A stretch of DNA of 33,287 nucleotides from a virus (IMGVR_UViG_3300030392_000835:1-33287); one strand, 5' to 3'. Positions 1-9,500 are shown, numbered from the stretch's first letter. The notes: generated by a model not told the origin, from the sequence alone. Made by a program: numbers and translations.

Positions 1-226
1 AGACAAACTACTGGTAGCTTGCTGCCTGTTGTTTGTCGATTCTTGCTTCTGAGTGGTACGTAGTATCACTGCTGGGGGTGGGTCTTATGTATCTGTATTT
101 GTATTGGTGGGTAGCTGTCTACATTTAATTTCCATAAAAAGGGGGTATGTGTCTACAAATCACCGTCCATAATGGCGAATAAAGTCCCAATACCCGATAT
201 CAGATAAGTGTCATGTGTAAAGTGTC

Positions 227-265
227 TGTAGCATGTAGCATGTAACAGATACTAGATACAGATAC
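227..265 (+). repeat. Short tandem 6-7-mer array upstream of terminase genes
   Basis: TGTAGCA TGTAGCA TGTAACA GATACTA GATACA GATAC (227-265). ATACAGATAC (256-265) is the exact reverse complement of GTATCTGTAT (89-98). Confidence 0.75.
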
Positions 266-287
266 TTTTATCTTTTTCTTTGTTTCT

Positions 288-340
288 GGGGGGATAATAG
301 GGGGGAGGGATTGTCAAGGGAGGGGGGGGGAAGAAGGGGG
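288..340 (+). other. G-run cluster, potential G-quadruplex
   Basis: Six G-runs in 53 nt: G6 288-293, G6 300-305, G3 307-309, G3 318-320, G9 322-330, G5 336-340, flanked by T-rich tracts. Confidence 0.5.
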
Positions 341-366
341 TCCCTTTTTATTTTCTTTACCGGGGC

Positions 367-403
367 AAAAAAGGGCCCCGTGGAGGCGATGAATCCACGG
401 GGC
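367..403 (-). terminator. Rho-independent terminator (minus strand)
   Basis: Perfect 10-bp GC-rich stem GCCCCGTGGA (375-384)/TCCACGGGGC (394-403) with a 9-nt loop, followed on - by CCTTTTTT (A6 at 367-372 on +). Confidence 0.7.
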
Positions 404-600
404 GGGGAAGGGGAACGGAGGTATTCATGTTATTAGGAGGTGCCGTTCCTTGGTAAGGGAGACTACACTATTCCCTGTTGTTTAACAAGAGGGAAGTACC
501 CAGGTTAGTCCGGGATTCACGTACTGGACGGTTTGGTCGGATGATGAGGCAGGCACCAATCCCGGTTACCGCTCCCCTCATCTTCATCCTAACAGATTGC
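367..600 (-). ncRNA. Candidate structured non-coding RNA
   Basis: Four consecutive hairpins plus an 8-bp loop pairing (510-517 with 558-565), ending in the terminator. No credible CDS. Strand inferred only from the U-tract. Confidence 0.4.
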
Positions 601-622
601 ATCAATGAACTTTGTTCTAATA

Positions 623-631
623 TGGTAGTAT
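623..631 (+). promoter_or_regulatory. Possible extended -10 promoter for the terminase operon
   Basis: TGgTAGTAT (623-631) about 30 nt upstream of SD GGAGGT (659-664). It overlaps a TATACT hexamer on the - strand (632-627). No good -35. Confidence 0.25.
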
Positions 632-668
632 ATTGCCGATGTTGTTTATTTACGTAATGGAGGTAGAG

Positions 669-788
669 ATGCCTAAAGTTGGTAAAAGACATTTTTCATA
701 TACCCCAAAGGGCAAGGCTGCTGCCCGTAAGCATGCTAAGAAGACCGGTAGGAAGATGACTACTACCCGTAAAAGAAGGTCTTACTGA
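669..788 (+). CDS. Small, highly basic 39-aa protein (below ORF-track cutoff)
   Basis: MPKVGKRHFSYTPKGKAAARKHAKKTGRKMTTTRKRRSY. SD GGAGGT at 659-664; its TGA overlaps the terS ATG (TGATG coupling). Confidence 0.8.
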   Translation: MPKVGKRHFSYTPKGKAAARKHAKKTGRKMTTTRKRRSY

Positions 789-1264
789 TGGCTGCATCGG
801 GAGCGAGGATACCGGGTCATAAGGGGGGAGTGCGTCCTGAGGATGTTATGGAACGCCAGTTGGCTTTCCTGGATGCGTACAGTGAGTTTGGAACTATAAA
901 GCATGCCTGCAAGAAGTTAAAGATAGGAAGAGAGACTGTTTACAGGTGGAAGAGGGATGACGTTAACGGGTTTGCGTCGCACTTTGAATGGGCGAAGGAA
1001 GATTTTGCAGAGGAAATAGAGAAGACCGTGTTCCAGAGGGCGTTGGAATCTGACTGCCCTCCTGTAATCCAGATATTTGTCCTTAACGGTTTAAAGCCTG
1101 ACAAGTACAGGCCCCAGACTTCTGTTACCGATGAGTCTGCAAAGGATGTTATGAAGGAACTTAAAAGTAAGTTTCGTGGTTTAAAGTTTGAGAATACCCC
1201 TACGGAAGATGAATTGTCAGTACATGAACAGGCAGAGAACATCCTTAAAAGTAAAGGCCATTGA
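788..1264 (+). CDS. terS: Terminase small subunit
   Basis: HTH-like segment FLDAYSEFGTIKHACKKLKIGRETVYRWKRDD, followed by IFVLNGLKPDKYR; directly upstream of TerL. Confidence 0.8.
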   Translation: MAASGARIPGHKGGVRPEDVMERQLAFLDAYSEFGTIKHACKKLKIGRETVYRWKRDDVNGFASHFEWAKEDFAEEIEKTVFQRALESDCPPVIQIFVLNGLKPDKYRPQTSVTDESAKDVMKELKSKFRGLKFENTPTEDELSVHEQAENILKSKGH

Positions 1265-1269
1265 TGTAG

Positions 1270-2619
1270 ATGACCCTGACCACCGCACATGAACTCTCCG
1301 AGTTTATTTACAGCAAGGTAGGTTATTCCCCTACTGAACTTCAAAGGGACATATTAAATTCACGTAAGCGGTTCACGTTAGTAGCCGGTGGTGAACAGGC
1401 AGGCAAATCAATGGTGGCTTCCAAGTACCTGTTGAGCAGGTTTTTGGAGACAGAGGGCGAGGGGTTGTTCTGGCTGGTAGCTGCAGACTATGAAAGGACC
1501 AGGGCAGAGTTTGAATATCTTGTAGAAGACTTTGCTGTTCTCGGACTTTTAAAAGAATCTTCCAAGAGGGTAGACCCCGGACGGATTATCCTTGCTGACG
1601 GCACCCGCATAGAGACTAAATCAGCCAAGGACCCACGCACTCTTGCCATGAGGGCACCTAACGGTATCATAGGATGTGAGGCAAGCCAGTTGGACCTGGA
1701 AACATTTCACAGGTTACGTGGCAGGTGCGCCCCGAAACGTGGCTGGATGTTCCTTTCAGGCACATTTGAAGGCAGTCTTGGATGGTATCCACAGATGTAC
1801 CAGTCATGGAAGCATGCCAGTTCACTGGAAGAACAGGCGTTTTCCCTGCCCAGCTATTCAAACTTACATCTTTACCCCGGTGGAAAGGATGACCCTGAAA
1901 TACTGGCGTTGAAAAAAGCCTCCTCCGATGATTTCTACATGGAAAGGATAGAGGGAATACCCTCACCGCCCCAGGGAATGGTGTTTACCGAGATAAGGCC
2001 TGACATCCATGTCCAGGATGTGAAGTACGAACCCGATATCCCCGTACATATATGGATTGACCCCGGATATGCAGAGGCTTATGCCTGTGAAATCGTACAG
2101 ATAGTCGGCGACCAGGTAAGGGTTATCGACGAGATATACGAAAGGAACCTTGTCACTGAAGATATTATAGATATAGCCCAGGGAAGGCCCTGGTGGAGAG
2201 ATGCGCAGTTCGGTGTGATAGATATTGCGGGCTACCAGCACCAGGCAATGGCTGCCCCGGCAGAAGTATGGCTGGATAATACCGGTATTTATTTCGATTC
2301 AGAGAAAATACGCATAAACGAAGGGACGGAACGGCTTAAATCCTTTCTAAAGGTAGACCCGGTAGACAGAACGGAACCGAAAATAGTGTTTAATTCCAAA
2401 TGTAAAGGTATACTATCGGAGTTCGGTATACGCCCTAACCCGTTTGACGGACAAAGCCGTGCATACAGGTGGAAGATGGACAGGGATGGCAATATCGTAG
2501 GCCAAACTCCGGAAGACAGGTATAATCACGGTATAAAAGCAGTGATTTACGGCCTGATAAACCGGTATGGATACGGATATGTGACTAATAAGACAAAGAT
2601 AATGGTGAAGCACTGGTAA
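1270..2619 (+). CDS. terL: Terminase large subunit
   Basis: Q-motif (YSPTELQ), Walker A (VAGGEQAGKS), WLVAADYERT, Walker B-position GIIGCEASQL, motif III LSGTFEG, RNase H-like nuclease WIDPGY...VIDEIYE. Lies between terS and portal. Confidence 0.9.
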   Translation: MTLTTAHELSEFIYSKVGYSPTELQRDILNSRKRFTLVAGGEQAGKSMVASKYLLSRFLETEGEGLFWLVAADYERTRAEFEYLVEDFAVLGLLKESSKRVDPGRIILADGTRIETKSAKDPRTLAMRAPNGIIGCEASQLDLETFHRLRGRCAPKRGWMFLSGTFEGSLGWYPQMYQSWKHASSLEEQAFSLPSYSNLHLYPGGKDDPEILALKKASSDDFYMERIEGIPSPPQGMVFTEIRPDIHVQDVKYEPDIPVHIWIDPGYAEAYACEIVQIVGDQVRVIDEIYERNLVTEDIIDIAQGRPWWRDAQFGVIDIAGYQHQAMAAPAEVWLDNTGIYFDSEKIRINEGTERLKSFLKVDPVDRTEPKIVFNSKCKGILSEFGIRPNPFDGQSRAYRWKMDRDGNIVGQTPEDRYNHGIKAVIYGLINRYGYGYVTNKTKIMVKHW

Positions 2620-4532
2620 TGGCTAACTACACACCGGAAGAAATAACATCTCTCGTAGATACCCACTACGACCTTACCGAACCCATGCGTACCCGCATGG
2701 ATAATGACCATAAAATCTACCGCCTGGATGAATTTGATGCCGGTGAAGGATACCAGTCATACACATCCAACGAACCCCAGGTATATGCCGATAAGTTAAT
2801 AGCCTGGATGACCTCTGCCGAGATGGTAGTGCGCATACCCTACGGTAATTCCGACAGGGAACAACGTGCGAACAACGATGCCAAGGAAAAATTTGTCATA
2901 GGACTGCTTAAAGCTGCCGATGAACGCCTTTCAAACAAGCTGCAACCCGGTGTGAGACAGCAACTCTCGTGGTACATCACCGTCAGGGGATGGTATGCGG
3001 GTAGGGCAATGCTTGTTAAGGACAAGGAAGGGGAGACATACGTCGATATCCAACCCTTTGACCCCATGCACACCTACTGGGGAGAAGGGGCGCACGGACT
3101 TGACTGGGCATGTTACAAGTCAAAGAAGACCCCCGCAGAGATTAAGTCAGCTTATGATACCGACGTATCCGGTGGTGACGATGATGACACTGAACCGGTT
3201 AACGTTTATGACTTCTATGACCGTGAGGACAATATAGTCTGCACGGATGAACAGGTACTCAAGAAGAGGACCAAGCACGGCCACGATGGTGTTCCCGTAT
3301 TCATAGGACCCGTAGGCTCTACCCCGATGGTACAGGCCATATCCGATACGGGCAATAATGACACGATGGAAGACTACGGCGAATCATGCTACAAGTCTTC
3401 CCGTGACCTCTATGAGAAGCATAACTTTATGATGAGCGTTATGCTGGAACTGACAGCACGTTCCCGCAGGCAGGGGCTCAAGGTAAAATCCAGGGACGGG
3501 ACCAAGACCCTGGAAGAAGACCCCTTCAAGGAAGGCTCCGAGATAGCCCTGGGACAGGGCGAAGACGTAGAACCCCTGGGACTTCTGGAGATGGCAAGAG
3601 AATCCGGTGCGTTTATGGGCATCGTATCAGGGGAGATGCAGAGGGGAGGATTACCACATTCCATCTACGGTCAACTGGAGTTCCAGCTTTCAGGATTTGC
3701 AATAAATACCCTGAGACAGGGTGTGGAAACCGTCCTCGTACCCAGGCTGCAGGCACTGGAACGTGCCTATATGTGCATAGCCAGGATGATTTCAGACCAG
3801 TACATAACAGGTGCTTTCAGGTCCATAGAAGTCAGTGGCCAGGATAAGAACAGGATGTATTTCTCCGAGGAGATTTCATCTGATACTATAAAGAACGCAG
3901 GTGATGCTGACGTATCACTCATAGGACAACTGCCACAGGACGACATGAGCCGTATGAGCATGGCGCAGATAGCCAGGGAAGGTCCCACTCCCCTCCTGCC
4001 CGATACGTTTATACGTGACGAGATACTGGGTATGCAGTCTGCCGACCAGATAGACACTTCTATAAATGCCCAGATGGCAGAAAGAATGCTGCCTGAAGCT
4101 GCATTGTGGACCATGTACCGCAGTGCCGTAGAAGAAGGCAGAGAAGATATCGCAGTATTTTATGAACAGGAATTAAGACGTATTCTTTTACAGAAAGGAA
4201 TGGAACAGATGCAGATGATGCAGGGTGGCCCACAGCCACCGGGACAGATGGGACCGCCCCCGCAGCAGTTGCCTATGGGAGGCCCGCCGATGGGTGGACC
4301 ACCTATGGGACCGCCTATGGGGCCAATGGGAGAACCTCCGATGGGAGGCCCTCCGATGGGACCGCCCGGACTGCCACCGCAGGTTATGCCTAACGCAGGG
4401 TTGGGAATACCACCCACGGCACCAACAGCCCCCGTAGGGCCATCAGTTCCCGGAGGCACTCCGAGGCCCGGAGCGCAGAATGTTGTATCCAGGTTGGCCA
4501 ACCTGGGCTTAATACCATCAGCAGGAGGATAA
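2619..4532 (+). CDS. Portal (head-tail connector) protein
   Basis: 637 aa directly after TerL (TAATG overlap), with SGFAINTL and a helical C-terminus typical of podovirus portals; Pro/Gly/Met/Gln-rich tail. Confidence 0.8.
   Translation: MANYTPEEITSLVDTHYDLTEPMRTRMDNDHKIYRLDEFDAGEGYQSYTSNEPQVYADKLIAWMTSAEMVVRIPYGNSDREQRANNDAKEKFVIGLLKAADERLSNKLQPGVRQQLSWYITVRGWYAGRAMLVKDKEGETYVDIQPFDPMHTYWGEGAHGLDWACYKSKKTPAEIKSAYDTDVSGGDDDDTEPVNVYDFYDREDNIVCTDEQVLKKRTKHGHDGVPVFIGPVGSTPMVQAISDTGNNDTMEDYGESCYKSSRDLYEKHNFMMSVMLELTARSRRQGLKVKSRDGTKTLEEDPFKEGSEIALGQGEDVEPLGLLEMARESGAFMGIVSGEMQRGGLPHSIYGQLEFQLSGFAINTLRQGVETVLVPRLQALERAYMCIARMISDQYITGAFRSIEVSGQDKNRMYFSEEISSDTIKNAGDADVSLIGQLPQDDMSRMSMAQIAREGPTPLLPDTFIRDEILGMQSADQIDTSINAQMAERMLPEAALWTMYRSAVEEGREDIAVFYEQELRRILLQKGMEQMQMMQGGPQPPGQMGPPPQQLPMGGPPMGGPPMGPPMGPMGEPPMGGPPMGPPGLPPQVMPNAGLGIPPTAPTAPVGPSVPGGTPRPGAQNVVSRLANLGLIPSAGG
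4222..4390 (+). repeat. Coding low-complexity repeat (GGPPM/GPPM)n in portal C-terminus
   Basis: QGGPQPPGQMGPPPQQLPMGGPPMGGPPMGPPMGPMGEPPMGGPPMGPPGLPP, with synonymous variation between units. Confidence 0.85.
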
Positions 4533-4535
4533 GAT

Positions 4536-6215
4536 ATGGCTACCTATAACACCGAGAAAGATATACGTGATGCACTGGCTGACGGTAAGTTTGACGGGCC
4601 CGGCGGTGTCTTGGATGAGAATTTACTCAACAGTGCCATTAGAAGTATGCAGGTTAAGGCTGGTGGTTCCCCTTCAAGGCAACAGGTGGAAGCACAGGCC
4701 CAGGGAATTCAACGGCAATTAGAAACCCATGACAACCGTATGTTTATGTCAGGTGGACAGAATTATGTGCGTACTCAAGATTACGGGAGGGTCCCTGTAA
4801 ACCCAGGTGAAACACCGAACCAGGCAATTGCCCGCCACGCTTCAGCACTGGCAAGCCAGTCAGCAGCACTGGCAGCCAGGACTCCCACAGAACAGGTAAG
4901 GTCCCAAAATATAATTAGAGCCCCTTCCGGTTTGCCTACCAGTGACATCTCCGTACTGTATACCTCTCCGGATGCAATATGGAATGCTATGAGCCGTGGT
5001 GAAATAACACCAGAACAGGCCCTTTCTCTTTATCAGGCAAATACTGAAGTGGGTGCAAGGTTAAGAAGCTCTAACCCGGAAGGATACCAGTATCTTCAAC
5101 GTAGAGCAGCAAGGGTAGCCGAAGGAGTCCCTGTACCAGATGATATGGCAGCTTTTGCAGCAGGGGCTGCCTCTCTTGAGGCAGCCAGGGGCAAGGCAGG
5201 GATAGTAACTCCTACTCCTCCCCCCGGAACCGTCGAGGCCCCTGTAGTTCCCGGTAAATCTGGTGATGAAACTTACTTAAAGGACCTGTTTAGTAGACAA
5301 GGTGACGAGTACAAAGTCAGACCTGCATTTTATGATGTCGATGAGGGAGATGGGGCTGATGAGCAACCCAGGTTCACCCCTGAGGTTCCACTTGATATCA
5401 CGCCTCCAGACTCACCTGTAGCCCCACCGATATACTCAGGTGATGTAACTGATACACAGGCTCTTTTAGGGTCACGTGACCCGTTTCGTGCCTATACACA
5501 GTTTCGTGGGGCCACTGAAGGTGTTCCTGGATTTAATCCGTGGATGGGTAGTTGGGATGCGTACCAGCGGTCGCTCGGTAGAGGGTATCAGCCATTAAGG
5601 GGACAGTATTTTCTATCTCCACTAGAAGGAGGCGAAGGTACGTGGGCTGAGTATTTAAGGAGAGGTGGAGGTTTGGGTACAGGAGATGAACTGGGAGGCG
5701 GACTCGCATCACGGTTCGGGGACATTGCCAGTATGATTGCAGACCCTTATGCTGATTATTCACGCTCACCGTATCAAGGCCAGTGGGCAAGGTTTTTTAG
5801 CCCAGAGGGAACAGGTCCCGGAGGCCGTCCACTGGGAGCAGCCGGAGTAGCTTCAAACCTTGCCGATGCAGCCCTTGCTGCAAGAGGTGGCCCTTCTGCC
5901 TTCAATGAGGCATTACGTAATTTATATACGAGAAGGTTTGAGATGTTTGGCGAGATGGACCCGACATTAGAAAAACGTCAGGCACTTCTGAATTATACCA
6001 ACTGGCTTAACCGTGGACTTGGAGCGACAGGCGACCTGGTTCCCGGTGCTAGTATGCCCTCTACACTTGACTATCCTAATGTTACCCCTCGTAATTGGAT
6101 GAATCCTGGCCAGCCTGATGTTGACCAATTTGTTCCAAACGTAAGAAAAACGTCAGGCACTATGCCTACCGAAGTACCAGTATGGCCTCCTCAAGGCCAG
6201 TTTCAGACGGTATAG
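4536..6215 (+). CDS. Hypothetical protein, probable internal virion/ejection protein
   Basis: 559 aa, SD AGGAGG, Ala/Gly/Pro-rich, between the portal and the giant protein. Function inferred from position only. Confidence 0.55.
   Translation: MATYNTEKDIRDALADGKFDGPGGVLDENLLNSAIRSMQVKAGGSPSRQQVEAQAQGIQRQLETHDNRMFMSGGQNYVRTQDYGRVPVNPGETPNQAIARHASALASQSAALAARTPTEQVRSQNIIRAPSGLPTSDISVLYTSPDAIWNAMSRGEITPEQALSLYQANTEVGARLRSSNPEGYQYLQRRAARVAEGVPVPDDMAAFAAGAASLEAARGKAGIVTPTPPPGTVEAPVVPGKSGDETYLKDLFSRQGDEYKVRPAFYDVDEGDGADEQPRFTPEVPLDITPPDSPVAPPIYSGDVTDTQALLGSRDPFRAYTQFRGATEGVPGFNPWMGSWDAYQRSLGRGYQPLRGQYFLSPLEGGEGTWAEYLRRGGGLGTGDELGGGLASRFGDIASMIADPYADYSRSPYQGQWARFFSPEGTGPGGRPLGAAGVASNLADAALAARGGPSAFNEALRNLYTRRFEMFGEMDPTLEKRQALLNYTNWLNRGLGATGDLVPGASMPSTLDYPNVTPRNWMNPGQPDVDQFVPNVRKTSGTMPTEVPVWPPQGQFQTV
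5159..5183 (+). repeat. Dispersed 25-nt exact direct repeat, copy 1 (hairpin core)
   Basis: AGCAGGGGCTGCCTCTCTTGAGGCA, identical to 10298-10322; contains TGCCTC-TCTT-GAGGCA. Confidence 0.9.
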
Positions 6216-6227
6216 AGAGGAGACACT

Positions 6228-6584
6228 ATGGCACAGAATAATCCTTTTGGGAATTTCTATCTTGACCTTTTGGAAGATGACCCAAGAATGGCTTTCCAGG
6301 CAGCTATACCGTATGCCGGGTTTTCTACCCTTGCCCGTCCAGAGCAGAGGCAGAGGGATTACTGGTCTAACCAGTATTCTAATATCTACAACGAGTTCCT
6401 TGGACATAAGGGACAGGGGCTGCAGGAACTGGCATCAGGGGAAAACAAGCCACGGAATTTCGGGACCTTCTCTGAGTTTCTTAGCAATACACCTTTTACC
6501 GAAAGATACGGTGCCCTTACCCCACAGCAGAAAGGTACGGGCATAAGGTCGTTTGCCCCTCAGACAAGACACATATATTTCTAA
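6228..6584 (+). CDS. Hypothetical protein (virion-module gene)
   Basis: 118 aa, SD GAGGAG; its stop directly abuts the ATG of the next gene. Confidence 0.7.
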   Translation: MAQNNPFGNFYLDLLEDDPRMAFQAAIPYAGFSTLARPEQRQRDYWSNQYSNIYNEFLGHKGQGLQELASGENKPRNFGTFSEFLSNTPFTERYGALTPQQKGTGIRSFAPQTRHIYF

Positions 6585-9500
6585 ATGCAAGAGAGAAGCC
6601 GGTATCAGCAACATGGTGAACTGCCTGTATATGATATGGATTATATGCGCAGGCAGGGAATGCCTACGCCTCCGATTCCGGTATACATACCACCTACTCC
6701 GGGACGGCAGGGCCCTGGGAATATAGTGTACCAGGAGCCACCTGCCCCCGTAGACTGGGGACAGAGAGGCATGGATGTCTTACAGGGATTTAGAAGTCTT
6801 CTGGGAAAATTCGACCCTTTCTCTCCAGGAATCTCCTTTGGAAGAAAAGCTCAAAATGTATGGGATAAAGACGAGGCTACCGCAGAAATCAGGGCCGACC
6901 TTGATGCCGGTGCCCCCATACCAAACTTTAGTGCCCCCGTTATAGGAAACATACCGGGCTCCGGTAGGTTTGCGGGACATTTATTAAAGACATTTGAAGA
7001 TGAATTGAAAGCCCTGGGCACGGTTGCGGAAACCGTTACCGACCCTGCTATGGGGCTTCTTACGTCACTTGAAACCCTGCCTATTCCGGTTGACAGTATG
7101 GTTATGCCCCCAGACCCATATATGCCGAGAGGCGGGGGGACAAGTGTTAATCCATTCCACTCCCCAGATGTGGAAGCGAGAAGAACTGCCCTGAGAAACA
7201 CGATTAATCCACGAACTAATGAACCTTATGGGCCGATGGAATCGGCAGCGAAGGCTTATGTTGACGCTGACATACCAGGAATGGAAAGGTTCGTCATGGA
7301 AAGTATCTTTGACCCTATTATTCTTGGAGGACCAATAGTTGGAGGGACTAGAAAATTAAGTGCATTAGGTGGTGCCATGCGCAGGGCACCAAGCCCCCCT
7401 ACAACCCCTCCTATTAGAAAATCTATAGGTTACGATGTAAATAGACAATGGGCTGGCATAGAATCCCCACAAGGACCATCAACAAGATGGACTCAGGAGG
7501 TGGGCCCATCCTATAACCGGTATTGGAGAGAGGGGATGGCAGTTCCCGAACCTCCTGCCCCGCCCGCTCCTGTATCCAGAAGGGACCCGTTTGTTACTCC
7601 GGAACGCCGTATTATTAGGGATGAACAGGGAAGGGAAGTTAATCAGTACTGGTCTGAGGAGAGGCAAGCGTTTGTTGTTCCGGAACGTCGTACCATTATA
7701 GATTCACAGGGCAGGGAAGTTAACCAGTATTGGGTTGATGATGTCACTGTACCCGATAGACCCGTACCTTCCCCTGCAGCAGCAGCCCCTTCCCCTGCAG
7801 ACGCAGCCCCTTCCCCTGCTGCAGCCGTACCGGATAAGACTACCATTGAAGCAGTAAGAGCAGCCTCTTCACTGGAAAATATTAGACTCGGATTAAATCC
7901 ATTTAAGACTATAGATAAAAATGGTAATGGTGTTTATAGGTCTAAGAAGCACAGGGCATATGAAGATAAAGCAATATCGGAAGGCTGGAATGCCAATGAT
8001 AGGTCAGTGGAAAATATAAAACTGGCACAAGAACATGCTGCACAATTAGACTGGTATATACTTAATGATGTATATATGAACCGAGCTACGCTGGGTGACC
8101 CTGATTTTGAAAAGGCTTTGCCCCAGAGGCGACAGACAGCTAACCCTAATGCTCCAGAATTTCAACCAGAAGCAGATTTTGATTCGGTTACTGGTGAATT
8201 TACATTTTTACCATCCGGTTCTGATGTACGGTTCACACCTGCAGCAGCAGCCCCTTCCCCTGCAGATGCAGCCCCTTCTCCTGCTGTAGCCGTACCTGAA
8301 ATATCTGCTGGTAGGCAGGCTGCACGGACGATTGATGATGTTGAGGCTTCCGATGAGATGGTAAACATATCTCCTGAAGATATGGACAGGGGCGCACAAC
8401 AGGAATTAGTTCGCCAGTCCGGGGACGCAAGTGGTCACGACGGGGCACGGGATGTATTGCAGGACGATGCTTTACGTGAAGTTGTTGATTCCGGTGGAGG
8501 TACATTTGACGACATTAAAAAAAGGCGGGATGCCCTCATATCATTTGTGAAGAACCGTTTCAGTGCTGATTCCTATATGAAATTTACGGGAAAAGGACAT
8601 GATTCAGGATTTAGCATGAGGGCCATAGTTGACTTCAGGCATAGAACTCGTAATTCCTCAAAAGATGTTCACGAAGCATTTCAGTATGGTGGTGTAGATG
8701 ACGTAGTTACCGCTATCCAACTTTCGGCAGGCCCCGTACCACGTGCGGTTATGACGTTTCAAAACTTTATGAAAATTTCTATTGAACCATTACTGGGGAA
8801 AATGAAAGGTGACCTTTTAGGTGTTACGTCTAAAGATATCAGCAAGATATTGATTGCACGGCACTACAAGTCACTTATGGATAATCCAAAAACAAGATTT
8901 AACAGGGATAATCTTCCTACGCCTGTAGATGATACAGGCCAACTACTTGATGCGGATATTGATGTTCTCGACTGGGAAAGGCGTATGAGGGAATCGATGT
9001 CTCCCTCGGAGTGGGCCCGTGTGGAAAAGGGAGTTGAGTCTATTCGTGACCTCTATATCAGGCAACGGGAGAACCTGGTAAAGAACGGGATAATTTCACG
9101 GGAAAACGCAGACATGTTTGCCGAGGAGTATCCCTGGTATAACCCAATATCATACATAGAATTTCTTGATGTGAATAAAGGTGCATCAGGGGTGCGTAAC
9201 AGTTCATCTCCTTTTTCTAACTTCAGTTCCGGGCTACGTCATTTTTCCAAAAAGGATGCAATAGACGAGGCTGGAAAAATACATGTTTTTAATGCGGTTG
9301 ACCCGTTGTCTCCGGAAGTTATGTTGAAGCAATTAACGCAAAATGAAATGCGGATAAGGCGTAATACAATTGGCAAGATGATATACGAGGCCCATGAAGG
9401 GAGAGAGTTGACAGACGAGTCTCTTGGTTGGTTACAGGACGTAACAAAAGATTTCCAGAGTAGAGAGCTTGTAGACGGAAAATACATTACCGTTAATGAC

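Noticed and set aside
294-317. Perfect TTGACA on - strand (317-312) as a sigma70 promoter
   Set aside because: The nearest -10-like hexamer (TATTAT) is only 12 nt away; at 17 nt spacing the sequence is a C-run.
468-692. 74-aa minus-strand ORF
   Set aside because: Overlaps the better-supported 669-788 gene and the hairpin-dense region, has no SD and no protein-like features.
7589-8296. Repeats as a CRISPR array or DGR template/variable pair
   Set aside because: Only two copies each, in-frame and coding. Differences in the 59-nt pair are C/T rather than adenine-specific, and no reverse transcriptase or cas operon is present.
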